The notes below the pieces were generated by a model. The model saw nothing but the letters and a program-made list of their open reading frames with translations. It was not told the origin of the DNA and ran no database searches. From Ilumatobacter sp. (GTDB lineage: Bacteria > Actinomycetota > Acidimicrobiia > Acidimicrobiales > Ilumatobacteraceae): a stretch of DNA of 52,716 bases. The DNA is taken from the NCBI GenBank assembly GCA_041596155.1, contig JBFHJC010000001.1, positions 1-52,716 of the forward strand, written 5' to 3'. The translations under genes and the position numbers were made by a program. Positions 40,410 through 49,466 of this stretch are shown one piece after another (within the stretch, counting starts at the first letter, position 1; the number at the start of each line of letters is the position of its first letter).

Positions 40410-41327
40410 ATGGATGCCGACCTCCTGGAGCGACTCGACGGGGCCGTCGTCGGGCGTCGGCGTGAGCTCGAGCTCGTCGTCGCGGCGCTCGCCGCCGACC
40501 GCCACGTCCTGCTCGAGGGCCCGCCCGGCACCGGCAAGTCGACGCTGCTGCGGGCCGTCGCGCGCGAGCTCGGCATCGGTTTCGAGTTCGTGGAGGGCAA
40601 CGCGGAGCTCACACCGGCGCGCCTCGTCGGCCACTTCGACCCGGCTCGCGTGCTCGCCGAGGGATATGACCCCGACGTGTTCGTCGACGGTCCGCTGGTG
40701 ACGGCGATGACCGACGGCTCGCTGCTGTACATCGAGGAGCTCAACCGCGTCCCCGAGGAGACGCTCAACGTGCTGGTCACGGTGATGAGCGAGCGCGAGC
40801 TCCACGTTCCCCGGTTCGGTCACGTCGTGGCGACGCCCGGCTTCCGGCTGGTCGCCGCGATGAACCCGTTCGACGCCGTCGGGACGGCGCGCATCTCGTC
40901 GGCGATCTACGACCGCGTGTGCCGGCTCGCGGTCGACTACCAGGATGCCGACGACGAGCTCGCCATCATGCGCCGCCACTCGGGCGCCGACGTCGATGCC
41001 GCATGGGCGACCAAGGTGGTCGAGCTCGTCCGCCTGACGCGTACCCATCCCGACCTGCGCATCGGGTCGTCGGTGCGTGGCGCGATCGACATGGGCGCGG
41101 TGGCCGATTCGCTGGCCCGGCTGCGGCGCAGCGACGTGTCCGACTCGGCGGTGTCGCTCGACGCCGCCCTCGTCGCGCTGAGCGGGCGCGTGCGCGTCCG
41201 GGAGGGCTCCAGCCGCTCACCCGAGGAGGTCGTCGCGGAGCTGTGGCGGTCGGTCTTCGAACCGGCTGACGCCGCGGTCGACTCGGGAAAAGTTCCGGCC
41301 CCGACGGGGGCGACGCACCCGACCTGA
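40410..41327 (+). CDS. MoxR-family AAA+ ATPase (305 aa unshifted product)
   Basis: VVGRRRE, LLEGPPGTGKS (Walker A), LYIEELNR (Walker B), AAMNP, YDR. Confidence 0.9.
   Translation: MDADLLERLDGAVVGRRRELELVVAALAADRHVLLEGPPGTGKSTLLRAVARELGIGFEFVEGNAELTPARLVGHFDPARVLAEGYDPDVFVDGPLVTAMTDGSLLYIEELNRVPEETLNVLVTVMSERELHVPRFGHVVATPGFRLVAAMNPFDAVGTARISSAIYDRVCRLAVDYQDADDELAIMRRHSGADVDAAWATKVVELVRLTRTHPDLRIGSSVRGAIDMGAVADSLARLRRSDVSDSAVSLDAALVALSGRVRVREGSSRSPEEVVAELWRSVFEPADAAVDSGKVPAPTGATHPT
41285..41311 (+). other. Candidate -1 programmed ribosomal frameshift signal
   Basis: G_GGA_AAA in the MoxR reading frame, 6-nt spacer, hairpin GCCCC-GACG-GGGGC (41298-41311). The -1 frame is open from 41270 to 42259. 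Confidence 0.7.
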
Positions 41328-42259
41328 CACCGAACGTCGCGGCCGGCGACGACGCCGACCGGATCATCGACGCCAACCGCCGTCGAACGGTGTCGCGGCG
41401 TGAGCTGAGCGCATTGGATCGGTTCGACGAGGTGTCGCCCGAGGTCGGCGAGCTCGACGAGGCGGCGCTGGTCGAGTCGCTCGCCGAGGACGCCGACGAG
41501 ACGCTGGCGTTGCTGTCGCAGATGACCAGAGCGACCGACGCCGCGCTGCGGGCCCAGGCGCGGCGACTGGCGTCGGAGCTGTTCCTGGAGCTGGCGCGCG
41601 ACACGCCTCCGGACGCCGCTGGTGTCGGCCGGCGGATCCGCATGCCGTACCGGCCCGATCGCGGCGACCTCGACCTCGACGGCAGCCTGGACGCGATCGT
41701 CGAAGCCCAGGCGTCCGCGGCGGCGGTTCGGGTCGAGGACCTCGTCGTCGACGCCTGGGCGCGCCCGTCGACCGCCTGGTGCCTGTTGGTCGATCGCAGC
41801 GGTTCGATGCACGGCAGGCCGCTGGCCACGTCGGCGCTGGCGGCGGCCGCGGTCGCCACCCGCGCCGACGGCGACTACGCGGTGCTGTCGTTCGCGAAGG
41901 ACGTCGTGGCCGCCAAGGCGATGTGGGAGGCGCGTCGCGCCGACGATGTGGTCGATCGTGTGCTCGCGCTCACCGGCCACGGGACGACGGACGTCGCCGG
42001 CGCGTTGCGCGCCGCAGGTGCCCAGCTGCGCGTCTCGGGCGCAGCGCGGCGTGTGACCGTGCTGCTGTCGGACTGCCGGGCGACCGTGCCAGGCGACGTC
42101 GTGGCGGCCGCTCGGGCGCTCGACGAGCTCGTCGTGCTGGCCCCTGAGGGTGACAGCGAGGAGGCCGAAGCACTGGTGACGGCGTGTGATGGGCGGTGGA
42201 CGGCGGTCGAGGGGCCGTCGACGATCGTGGCCGCAGTGATGCGCGTCCTGGCTCGCTGA
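41291..42259 (+). CDS. VWA (MIDAS) domain protein, probably reached by -1 frameshift from the ATPase (conventional start would be GTG 41390)
   Basis: LLVDRSGSM (DxSxS), G.GTTD, VLLSD. The frame is open about 40 codons upstream of GTG 41390, which lacks a Shine-Dalgarno. Confidence 0.85.
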   Translation, partial: SSGPDGGDAPDLTPNVAAGDDADRIIDANRRRTVSRRELSALDRFDEVSPEVGELDEAALVESLAEDADETLALLSQMTRATDAALRAQARRLASELFLELARDTPPDAAGVGRRIRMPYRPDRGDLDLDGSLDAIVEAQASAAAVRVEDLVVDAWARPSTAWCLLVDRSGSMHGRPLATSALAAAAVATRADGDYAVLSFAKDVVAAKAMWEARRADDVVDRVLALTGHGTTDVAGALRAAGAQLRVSGAARRVTVLLSDCRATVPGDVVAAARALDELVVLAPEGDSEEAEALVTACDGRWTAVEGPSTIVAAVMRVLAR

Positions 42260-42268
42260 CGAACGCGT

Positions 42269-43558
42269 TCAGCCGCAGGTGGCGGTGCGATCCGGCGCGA
42301 CGCCGGCCGAGTTCTCGTCGGCGGCGACGACCGGCAGGGTGGTCGCCGTCGCCGGGACCCCCTCGTCGGCCGGAGCGCCGACCTCGTCGCTCCCGCCCGC
42401 GCCGTCGACGGGAGCGACCGTCGTCGACGGCCGGGGCTCGGTCAGGACCTGCTCGGGCGCGCCCGCCAGGACCGCTTCGCCCCGGAACACCTGGAGGATC
42501 GCCTGCATGTTCGCCCCGTCGATGCGCGGTCGCTCGACCTGCTCGCCGGCGATCGTCACCGACGACGATTCGACTCGGTACGTCCGGATGGCAGCCGGGT
42601 CGACGTTGCGGAGGGTGTTGGCGAACTCGAGCATGCGCCTCGCCGTGAGCCCGACGTCGGTCACGAGGTACTCGCGGTTCGTCGTGATGAGCGCCGAGGC
42701 GACGTCGGGCGAGTACAGGCCTTCGTCGATCACCTTGGCGACGACGCGGCGCAGGAAGTCCTGCTGACGGGCGATGCGGCCGAAGTCGGACGTGCCGTCG
42801 GTGCGCCAGTCCCCGCTGCCCGGCGGGTCCTCGTACTGGTACTTGCGCGACCGCACGTAGGCGAGCGCCATCTGACCGTCGAGCTCGACGCAGCCCGCCT
42901 CGGGGATGGCCAGCCCGCTGTTGCGGTCGCGAGCCGGGAACTCGAACGGCACCTCGACCCCTCCGACCGCGTCGACGAGGCGTTCGAAGGCGCAGAAGTC
43001 GACCTGCACGTAGTGGTCGACCCGGATGCCGAAGTTCAGGTGGATCGTGTCGATCAGACGGGTCGGGTCGTCGCGGCGGTAGGCGCTGTTGATCCGGGCG
43101 CGCCGGCCGCCCGCGATGTCGACGTAGAGATCGCGGGGGAGCGACAGCACCGCGAGCTGGTTGGTCTGGGGGTTCGCCCGCCAGATCATGATCGTGTCGG
43201 ACCGTTCGCCCAGGTCGTCGCGATCGCCGGTCGGGACGCACTCGTTGTTGTCGACGCCCACGACGAGGAAGTTGGCTGCCGCCGGTTCGGCGAGCTCGAT
43301 CGGCTCGGGCGTCTCGCCGGCGACGGTCGTCGGGGCGGCCGGCAGGGTCGTGGTCAGGCCCGGTGCGGCGATCGCGGGCGCACCGCGGCCCGGATCGTGC
43401 TCGCTCACCGGCTCGGACAGGGTCACCAGCTGGCGATCGGACAGGACCCACTGGCTGGCAGCGAGGCCGGCGGCCGTCGCGAAGCAGGCGACGGCGACGA
43501 GAACGACCAGCGCGAGCGTCAGGCGTTGCGGCCAGGTGCGTCGCAGCGTGGTCGGCAT
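42269..43558 (-). CDS. LCP (LytR-CpsA-Psr) family cell-wall ligase
   Basis: N-terminal TM, NFLVVG.D, RSDTIM, LSLPRDLYV, RINSAY, ALAYVRSR, SDFGRIARQQ. Confidence 0.92.
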   Translation of the reverse strand: MPTTLRRTWPQRLTLALVVLVAVACFATAAGLAASQWVLSDRQLVTLSEPVSEHDPGRGAPAIAAPGLTTTLPAAPTTVAGETPEPIELAEPAAANFLVVGVDNNECVPTGDRDDLGERSDTIMIWRANPQTNQLAVLSLPRDLYVDIAGGRRARINSAYRRDDPTRLIDTIHLNFGIRVDHYVQVDFCAFERLVDAVGGVEVPFEFPARDRNSGLAIPEAGCVELDGQMALAYVRSRKYQYEDPPGSGDWRTDGTSDFGRIARQQDFLRRVVAKVIDEGLYSPDVASALITTNREYLVTDVGLTARRMLEFANTLRNVDPAAIRTYRVESSSVTIAGEQVERPRIDGANMQAILQVFRGEAVLAGAPEQVLTEPRPSTTVAPVDGAGGSDEVGAPADEGVPATATTLPVVAADENSAGVAPDRTATCG

Positions 43559-43612
43559 GGACGGGTCAGCGTACCGGTCGCCCGCCGACAGGGCGGGGCG
43601 GCCCGCCGGTGG

Positions 43613-44347
43613 CTACGGGAGGACGACGACCTTCGTGCCGATCGGTGCCCATCCCCACATGTACACCGCATCCCAGGGGGCCTGGCGGACGCACCCGCCG
43701 CTCAGCGGGGTGCCGAGCTGGCTGACGGACTGCAGCTTGTAGCCGGTGCGGGTGTCGGTCGGGATCTCGTGGAAGCCGATGTTGTCGCCGCCCGGACCCT
43801 TGGCGAACCGCACCATGTACCGCCAGCAGATCGCCGGGTTCTTGATGTTGCACGTGTACGACGAGCGCGAGAAGACCGAGTACGTCCCGGGCAGCGGCTG
43901 GTTCCACGTCCGGCGGCCCGAGACGAGATGCGTCTTGGCGACGGTGCCGTCGGCGTTCACGGCCCACAGTCGCTGACGCGTCTTCGAGTAGACGACACGG
44001 CGGCCGTCACCGCTGCCGGGTGGCAGCTGCCACGACGGCGGCACCGTCGTGGTCGTGGTCGTCGGCGGCGGGATCGTCGGCGTGATCTGGGCTTGCGTGC
44101 CGCGTGACGGCGTCGCCACCACCGGCCCGGCCGGGACGTCGATCACGAGCGGCGGCACGGTCGTGGTGGACGTCGTCGTCGTGGTGGACGTCGTCGTCGT
44201 GGTGGACGTCGTCGTCGTGGTGGACGTCGTGGTGGTCGTGGACGACTCGGAGGTCGGAGGTGGCGTTGCGCCGGCCCCCGGCGCAACGAACATGACGCTG
44301 CCGGCAACCGCCATCACGGCTGCGACACGTCCCAACGCCGCTCGCAT
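43613..44347 (-). CDS. L,D-transpeptidase (YkuD-like) with Thr-rich linker
   Basis: Signal peptide, Thr tract, VSG....P.PGTY.V.SR, NIGFH, LGTPLSGGCVR. Confidence 0.85.
   Translation of the reverse strand: MRAALGRVAAVMAVAGSVMFVAPGAGATPPPTSESSTTTTTSTTTTTSTTTTTSTTTTTSTTTVPPLVIDVPAGPVVATPSRGTQAQITPTIPPPTTTTTTVPPSWQLPPGSGDGRRVVYSKTRQRLWAVNADGTVAKTHLVSGRRTWNQPLPGTYSVFSRSSYTCNIKNPAICWRYMVRFAKGPGGDNIGFHEIPTDTRTGYKLQSVSQLGTPLSGGCVRQAPWDAVYMWGWAPIGTKVVVLP
44160..44245 (-). repeat. 18-bp coding repeat (STTTTT)n
   Basis: gtggtggacgtcgtcgtc repeated about 4 times. Confidence 0.85.
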
Positions 44348-44375
44348 GGCGGGCCACCTTAGCGAGCGGGTGCGC

Positions 44376-46910
44376 TCAGGTCGAGGCTGCGAGCTCGATC
44401 TCACACTGGAACTCATCGGCAGGACCGAGCTCGAGCTGGAGGATCGACGCCGCCTCGACGAGATCCTCGCGTGCCGACTCGAGGGCCGCCAGCGCATCGC
44501 TCGGCGCGCCGACCACGCAGCGCGCCACCTCGGCGCGCTGGCTCACCTTGTGCTCGGTCTTCGTGCGCCGGACCCGGGACAGGACCTCGAGCGGCGCATC
44601 GAGGAGCTTCGGATCGCCGTCGCCGCTCGTCGGGTGCGGCCACTCGGCGACGTGGACGCTCGTGTCGTGCCACCAGCTCCAGGCCTCCTCGCTCGCGTAC
44701 GGCAGCGTCGGAGCGAGCATCCGCTGGATCGTCGACAGTGCGGTGCGCAGGGCGACGCGAGCGCTCGCAGCGGCTTCGTCGCCGCGGGTGGCGTAGGCGC
44801 GACCCTTGACGAGCTCGACGTAGTCGTCGCAGAACCACCAGAAGAACGACTCGGTCCGTTCGAGGGCTCGTGCGTAGTCGAACCCCTCGAAGGCGTTGGT
44901 CGCCTCCGTGATCACGGCGTCGAGCCTCGCGAGCATCGAGCGGTCGACCGCGTCGGTCACCGTAGCGCCGTCGGCGACGTCGCCGAACCCGAGCACGAAC
45001 TTGGAGACGTTGAGCAGCTTGTTGGCGAGCTTGCGGCCCACTTTCATCTGGTCCTCGCTGAACGCGGCGTCGGTGCCCGGCCGGGCACACGCCGCCCAGT
45101 AGCGCACGGCGTCGGTGCCGTGGCGGTCGAACAGGTCCATCGGCGTGACGACGTTGCCCTTCGACTTCGACATCTTCTTGCGGTCGGGGTCGAGGATCCA
45201 GCCCGACAGCGCAGCGTTCGACCACGGGACGCCGCCGTGCTCGAAGTGACTGCGGACGACGGTGGCGAACAGCCACGTGCGGATGATGTCGTGGGCCTGC
45301 GGCCGCATGTCCATGGGGAAGACGCGCTCGAACAGGTCGGCGCCCTCTTCTTCCCAGCGGGCCGCGATGTGCGGGCTGAGCGACGACGTCGCCCATGTGT
45401 CGAAGACGTCGGGGTCGCCCGCGAAGCCCCCCGGCCGGTTGCGCTGGTCGGCGGTGTAGCCGGGCGGAACGTCGGTCGACGGATCGATCGGCAGGTCGTC
45501 CTCGGCCGGGAGGACGGGCCGGTCGTGGTCGAGCTCGCCCTGATCGTCGAGTGGGTACCAGACGGGGATCGGCACGCCGAAGAAGCGCTGCCTGCTGATC
45601 AGCCAGTCGCCGTTCAGCCCCTCGACCCAGTTGTCGTATCGGTGCTGCATGTGGGGCGGGTGCCAGGTGATCTCACCGCCGCGCTTGACGAGTGCGTCCC
45701 GCAGGTCGGTGTCGCGCCCGCCGTTGCGGATGTACCACTGGCGGCTCGCGACGATCTCGAGCGGCCGTTCGCCCCGCTCGTAGAACTTGACCGGGTGCTG
45801 GATCGGATCGGGTCCGCCGACCAGCTCACCCGACTCGCGCAGTTGCTCGACGACCTGTCGTTGCGCTTGCCTGACGGTCAGCCCGGCGATCGCGCCGTAC
45901 GCGTCAACGTCGACGCCGTCTGGCGGGTCGGCGAGGATGCGCCCGTTGCGGCCGACGATCGCCCGCGTCGGCAGGTCGAGCTCGCGCCACCAGACGACGT
46001 CGGTCGTGTCGCCGAAGGTGCAGATCATGGCGATCCCCGTGCCCTTGTCGGGCTGGGCCAGCTCGTGGGCGACGATCGGCACCTCGACGCCGTAGAGCGG
46101 CGTGCGGACAGTGTGGCCGAACATCGCCCGGTAACGGGTGTCGTCTGGGTGGGCGACGAGCGCGACGCATGCCGCCAGCAGCTCCGGGCGCGTCGTGTCG
46201 ATGAGGACGTCGTCGCCGCCGTCGGTGCGGTGGAACGCGAGCTTGTGGTAGGCACCCGGCTTGTCTCGGTCTTCCATCTCGGCTTGGGCGACCGCGGTCT
46301 GGAAGTCGACGTCCCACAGCGTCGGCGCGTCCTGGCTGTACGCCTCGCCGCGCGCCACGTTGCGCAGGAATGCCCGCTGGCTGATCCGGCGGCTGCGCTC
46401 GTCGATGGTCGCGTAGAGGTACGTCCAGTCGACGCTCAGGCCGAGGCGCCGGAAGAGCTCCTCGAAGATCTGCTCGTCGATCTCGACCAGCTCGTCGCAC
46501 AGCTCGAGGAAGTTCGGGCGCGAGATCGGGACCGGCTCGTGGTCCTTGGGTGGATCGCCGCGGAACGGCGGCTCGAAGCCGGCCTGATACGGCTGGCTCG
46601 GATCGCAGCGGACGCCGTAGTAGTTCTGGACGCGCCGCTCGGTCGGCAGGCCGTTGTCGTCCCAGCCCATCGGATAGAAGACCTGCTTGCCGCGCATCCG
46701 CTGGAATCGCGCGACCAGGTCGGTGTGGGTGTAGCTGAAGACGTGCCCCATGTGGAGCGAACCCGACACGGTCGGCGGCGGCGTGTCGATCGCGAACACC
46801 TCGCTGCGTACGGCCGACGCGTCGAAGCGGTAGATGCCATCGGTCTCCCACTGGGTGGCCCAGCGGTCCTCGATGCCGTCGAGCGTCGGCCGGTCGGGGA
46901 TGTTCGCCAT
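44376..46910 (-). CDS. valS: Valine--tRNA ligase
   Basis: IDTPPPTVSGSLHMGH, DW.ISRQR.FG.PIP, DTWATSS, KMSKSKGN. Short C-terminus without a coiled-coil arm. Confidence 0.95.
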   Translation of the reverse strand: MANIPDRPTLDGIEDRWATQWETDGIYRFDASAVRSEVFAIDTPPPTVSGSLHMGHVFSYTHTDLVARFQRMRGKQVFYPMGWDDNGLPTERRVQNYYGVRCDPSQPYQAGFEPPFRGDPPKDHEPVPISRPNFLELCDELVEIDEQIFEELFRRLGLSVDWTYLYATIDERSRRISQRAFLRNVARGEAYSQDAPTLWDVDFQTAVAQAEMEDRDKPGAYHKLAFHRTDGGDDVLIDTTRPELLAACVALVAHPDDTRYRAMFGHTVRTPLYGVEVPIVAHELAQPDKGTGIAMICTFGDTTDVVWWRELDLPTRAIVGRNGRILADPPDGVDVDAYGAIAGLTVRQAQRQVVEQLRESGELVGGPDPIQHPVKFYERGERPLEIVASRQWYIRNGGRDTDLRDALVKRGGEITWHPPHMQHRYDNWVEGLNGDWLISRQRFFGVPIPVWYPLDDQGELDHDRPVLPAEDDLPIDPSTDVPPGYTADQRNRPGGFAGDPDVFDTWATSSLSPHIAARWEEEGADLFERVFPMDMRPQAHDIIRTWLFATVVRSHFEHGGVPWSNAALSGWILDPDRKKMSKSKGNVVTPMDLFDRHGTDAVRYWAACARPGTDAAFSEDQMKVGRKLANKLLNVSKFVLGFGDVADGATVTDAVDRSMLARLDAVITEATNAFEGFDYARALERTESFFWWFCDDYVELVKGRAYATRGDEAAASARVALRTALSTIQRMLAPTLPYASEEAWSWWHDTSVHVAEWPHPTSGDGDPKLLDAPLEVLSRVRRTKTEHKVSQRAEVARCVVGAPSDALAALESAREDLVEAASILQLELGPADEFQCEIELAAST

Positions 46911-46970
46911 GGGCGCCAGGCTACGGGAACTCCTGCGCTGCGTCCTCGGCGGTTGGTTGGCGCCGTCAGG

Positions 46971-48125
46971 TCAGCGGAGCACCTCGTAGATCGCCATCGT
47001 CCTGCGGGCGGCCGTGTCCCAGCCGAACTCCGCGACCGCCCGGGCGCGTCCGGCGACGCCCATCGCGCTCGCCCGCGCCGCGTCGCGGACCAGCGCGTTC
47101 ACGGCGTCGGCGAGCTCGGCCTCGAACGCAGCGGTGTCGGTCTCGTCGTAGTGGACGAGGATGCCGGTCGTACCGTCGTCGACGACCTCGGGGATGCCCC
47201 CGACGTCGCTCGCCACGACGGCCGTCTCGCACGCCATCGCCTCGAGGTTCACGATGCCGAGCGGCTCGTACACCGACGGGCAGACGAACACCGTGCCGTG
47301 GGTGAGGACCTGACGGACGTCCTCGCGCGGCAGCATCTCCGACACGACGTGCACCGCGTCGCGCGCGGCCCGCAGATCGTCGATCGCAGCGTCGGTCTCG
47401 GCCTTGAGCTCTGGCGTGTCGGCGGCGCCTGCGAGCAGCACGACCTGGGCGTCGGGGTCGAAGGCCAGGGCGGCCCGAAGGAGGTGCGGAACCCCCTTCT
47501 GGCGGGTGATGCGGCCGACGAACACGACCGACGGACGGTCGGGGTCGACGCCCAGTCGATCGAGGACGTCGGTCGCCGGGTCGGGCCGGTAGAAGTCGGT
47601 GTCGATCCCGTTGTGGACGACGTGCACCTTGCCCTCGTCGAGCTGCGGGTACGACGCCATGACGTCGCGCCTCGACCCGTGGCTGACGGCGATCACGGCG
47701 TCGGCCGCCTCGTAGGCGGTCTGCTCGGCCCACGACGAAACCCGGTAGCCACCGCCCAGTTGCTCGGCCTTCCAGGGACGCTGCGGTTCGAGCGAGTGGG
47801 AGGTGACGACGTGGGGGATGTCGTGGAGCAGCTTCGCCCAGTGGCCGCCCATGTTGGCGTACCAGGTGTGGGAGTGCACGAGGTCGCAGCCGGTCGTCGC
47901 GTGCGCCATCGAGAGGTCGGCGGCGAGCGTGCGCAGGGTCGCGTTGGCCCCGGCGAGGAATTCGTACTCCTCCGCGTGGGCGACCGCACCGTGGCGTGGC
48001 TCGCCCATGCAGTGGACGTCGACGTCGGCCAGCTTGCGGAGCTCGCGGACGAGGAAGTCGACGTGGACGCCGGCTCCGCCGTACACGTGAGGCGGGTACT
48101 CGCGGGTCAGGATGCCGATGCGCAC
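46971..48125 (-). CDS. glgA: Actinobacterial GT4 glycogen synthase / alpha-maltose-1-phosphate synthase (GlgA/GlgM)
   Basis: TREYPP.VYGGAGVHV, HSHTWYAN, HSLEP.RPWKAEQLGGGY, CPSVYEPLGIVNLEAMAC. Confidence 0.9.
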   Translation of the reverse strand: MRIGILTREYPPHVYGGAGVHVDFLVRELRKLADVDVHCMGEPRHGAVAHAEEYEFLAGANATLRTLAADLSMAHATTGCDLVHSHTWYANMGGHWAKLLHDIPHVVTSHSLEPQRPWKAEQLGGGYRVSSWAEQTAYEAADAVIAVSHGSRRDVMASYPQLDEGKVHVVHNGIDTDFYRPDPATDVLDRLGVDPDRPSVVFVGRITRQKGVPHLLRAALAFDPDAQVVLLAGAADTPELKAETDAAIDDLRAARDAVHVVSEMLPREDVRQVLTHGTVFVCPSVYEPLGIVNLEAMACETAVVASDVGGIPEVVDDGTTGILVHYDETDTAAFEAELADAVNALVRDAARASAMGVAGRARAVAEFGWDTAARRTMAIYEVLR

Positions 48126-48155
48126 CCCGGCGATCGTAGACGCCGCGGCGTCGCG

Positions 48156-48995
48156 CTACTTCAGGAACTTGCTCGTCGTGTTGTCGGCCAGCACCTTGCC
48201 GCCGGTCTGACACGTCGGGCAGTAGTTGACCGTGTAGCCGGAGTACTCGACGGCGCGCACCTCGTCGCCGCACCGGGGGCATGGCTCGCCGGCGCGATGG
48301 TGGACCGCACCGGGACGATCTTTCGAGGCGCTCATGTCGGCGCGGGTGCGCTCGTGCGCCAGACCCTCGTCGATGCTCGCCCGAACGGCCTCGACCACCC
48401 GCGCCGCCCCGTCCGGACCGAGCCTGGCGGTCATGGCGAACGGGCTGAGCTCGGCTCGGTGGCAGACTTCGTTCGCCAGCCGGCGTCCGAGCCCGGCGAT
48501 CGACCGTTGATCGCGCAGGAATCCGTGCAGCCGCTGGTTCTTCGCCTCGAACAGCGTCACCATCTCGGCGGGCGTGACGGAGTACGCCTCGGGACCGAGC
48601 TGGTCGAGCGGCGGGCTCGTCAGCACGTCGGACGCGGGGAGGCACCAGACGCCGGCGCGACGCTCGGTGCCCGCTTCGGTGAGCAGCAGCGCCGGCCCGT
48701 CGCCGAACACGAACCGCGCCTGGCCACCGCGCGGCTTCGCCGACCGCTTCTCGTCCACGAGCAGCCGACCGCCCTGCATCAGGTGGACGGCGAACACGAC
48801 CGGTTCGAATCGCAGCAGCAAGTACTTGCCCCGGCGCCCGACCTCGAGCAGCGGCGCGCCGTACGCGTTGTCCGGAGCGGGAACGGCCGTCTTGAGGGCG
48901 GTGAAGGTGAGCGGTCGGAAATTGGTCAGCACGCGGCCGGCGAACTGCTCGGTGAGCCGCTCGGCGTGCGCCTGCACCTCCGGCATCTCCGGCAT
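48156..48995 (-). CDS. Fpg/Nei-family DNA glycosylase
   Basis: N-terminal MPEMPEV, RRGKYL, HLMQGG, DQ..IAG.G...ANE (H2TH), zinc finger CPRC...CPTC. Confidence 0.92.
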   Translation of the reverse strand: MPEMPEVQAHAERLTEQFAGRVLTNFRPLTFTALKTAVPAPDNAYGAPLLEVGRRGKYLLLRFEPVVFAVHLMQGGRLLVDEKRSAKPRGGQARFVFGDGPALLLTEAGTERRAGVWCLPASDVLTSPPLDQLGPEAYSVTPAEMVTLFEAKNQRLHGFLRDQRSIAGLGRRLANEVCHRAELSPFAMTARLGPDGAARVVEAVRASIDEGLAHERTRADMSASKDRPGAVHHRAGEPCPRCGDEVRAVEYSGYTVNYCPTCQTGGKVLADNTTSKFLK

Positions 48996-49005
48996 CGGCC
49001 CGACC

Positions 49006-49443
49006 TCACTCGTAGCGGGTGCGATCGCGGACGATCGAGAACACGCCGTCGAGGGCCCGGAACACCGGCTGGGCGTCCATCAGCGCGCGCTGGTCGCCGA
49101 AGAGCAGGATCCTGCCGGTGATGAACGCCTCCTGCGCGTTCAGGTCGCCGTTGGCGACCGCGACGGCCGTGTCCCAGTCCTGCTCCATCCGGACGTGCTC
49201 CGGATCGGCCGGCCCGGCGCCGAAGCGCGCGGTCCCATCGCCGACCTGGAGGTGGTAGGTCACGTCGCCCTCCGGTCCGCCGGTGACGACCTGGGTGACG
49301 CCGATCGCGTGCTCGGCCGCCAGCTCGAACAGCGTCTCGGACTCCGCCACCTCGCGAGTGAGCTCGCGGATCCAGGCCAGGCTCAGGTACCGCACGGTGT
49401 CGGCTGCGGTGTCGGTGACGTCGGCGGCGGGCTGGTCGGTCAT
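49006..49443 (-). CDS. SCP2 sterol/lipid-binding domain protein
   Basis: YLS..WI, Q.VTGGP.GDV.Y, TA.AVANG.LNAQEAF.TGRI...GD. Confidence 0.8.
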   Translation of the reverse strand: MTDQPAADVTDTAADTVRYLSLAWIRELTREVAESETLFELAAEHAIGVTQVVTGGPEGDVTYHLQVGDGTARFGAGPADPEHVRMEQDWDTAVAVANGDLNAQEAFITGRILLFGDQRALMDAQPVFRALDGVFSIVRDRTRYE

Positions 49444-49466
49444 GGTGGGCCCTAGTCTGCCCGATC

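Noticed and set aside
39246-41327. Apparent 693-aa ATPase with a long N-terminal extension
   Set aside because: The extension is an off-frame read of the ADH and intergenic DNA. The MoxR sequence starts at 40410.
41270-41327. Pseudogene or sequencing frameshift in a fused AAA-VWA gene
   Set aside because: Not excluded, but disfavoured. Both halves have intact motifs, and the break coincides with a correctly phased slippery heptamer plus hairpin at the domain boundary.
46911-46970. T-box leader for valS
   Set aside because: Only 60 bp of intergenic space, no T-box motif, and a leaderless -10 fits better.
44049-49121. 1690-aa plus-strand ORF
   Set aside because: Antisense shadow of the L,D-transpeptidase gene, valS, glgA and fpg. 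Stop-poor antisense frames are expected at this GC content, and it has no motifs.
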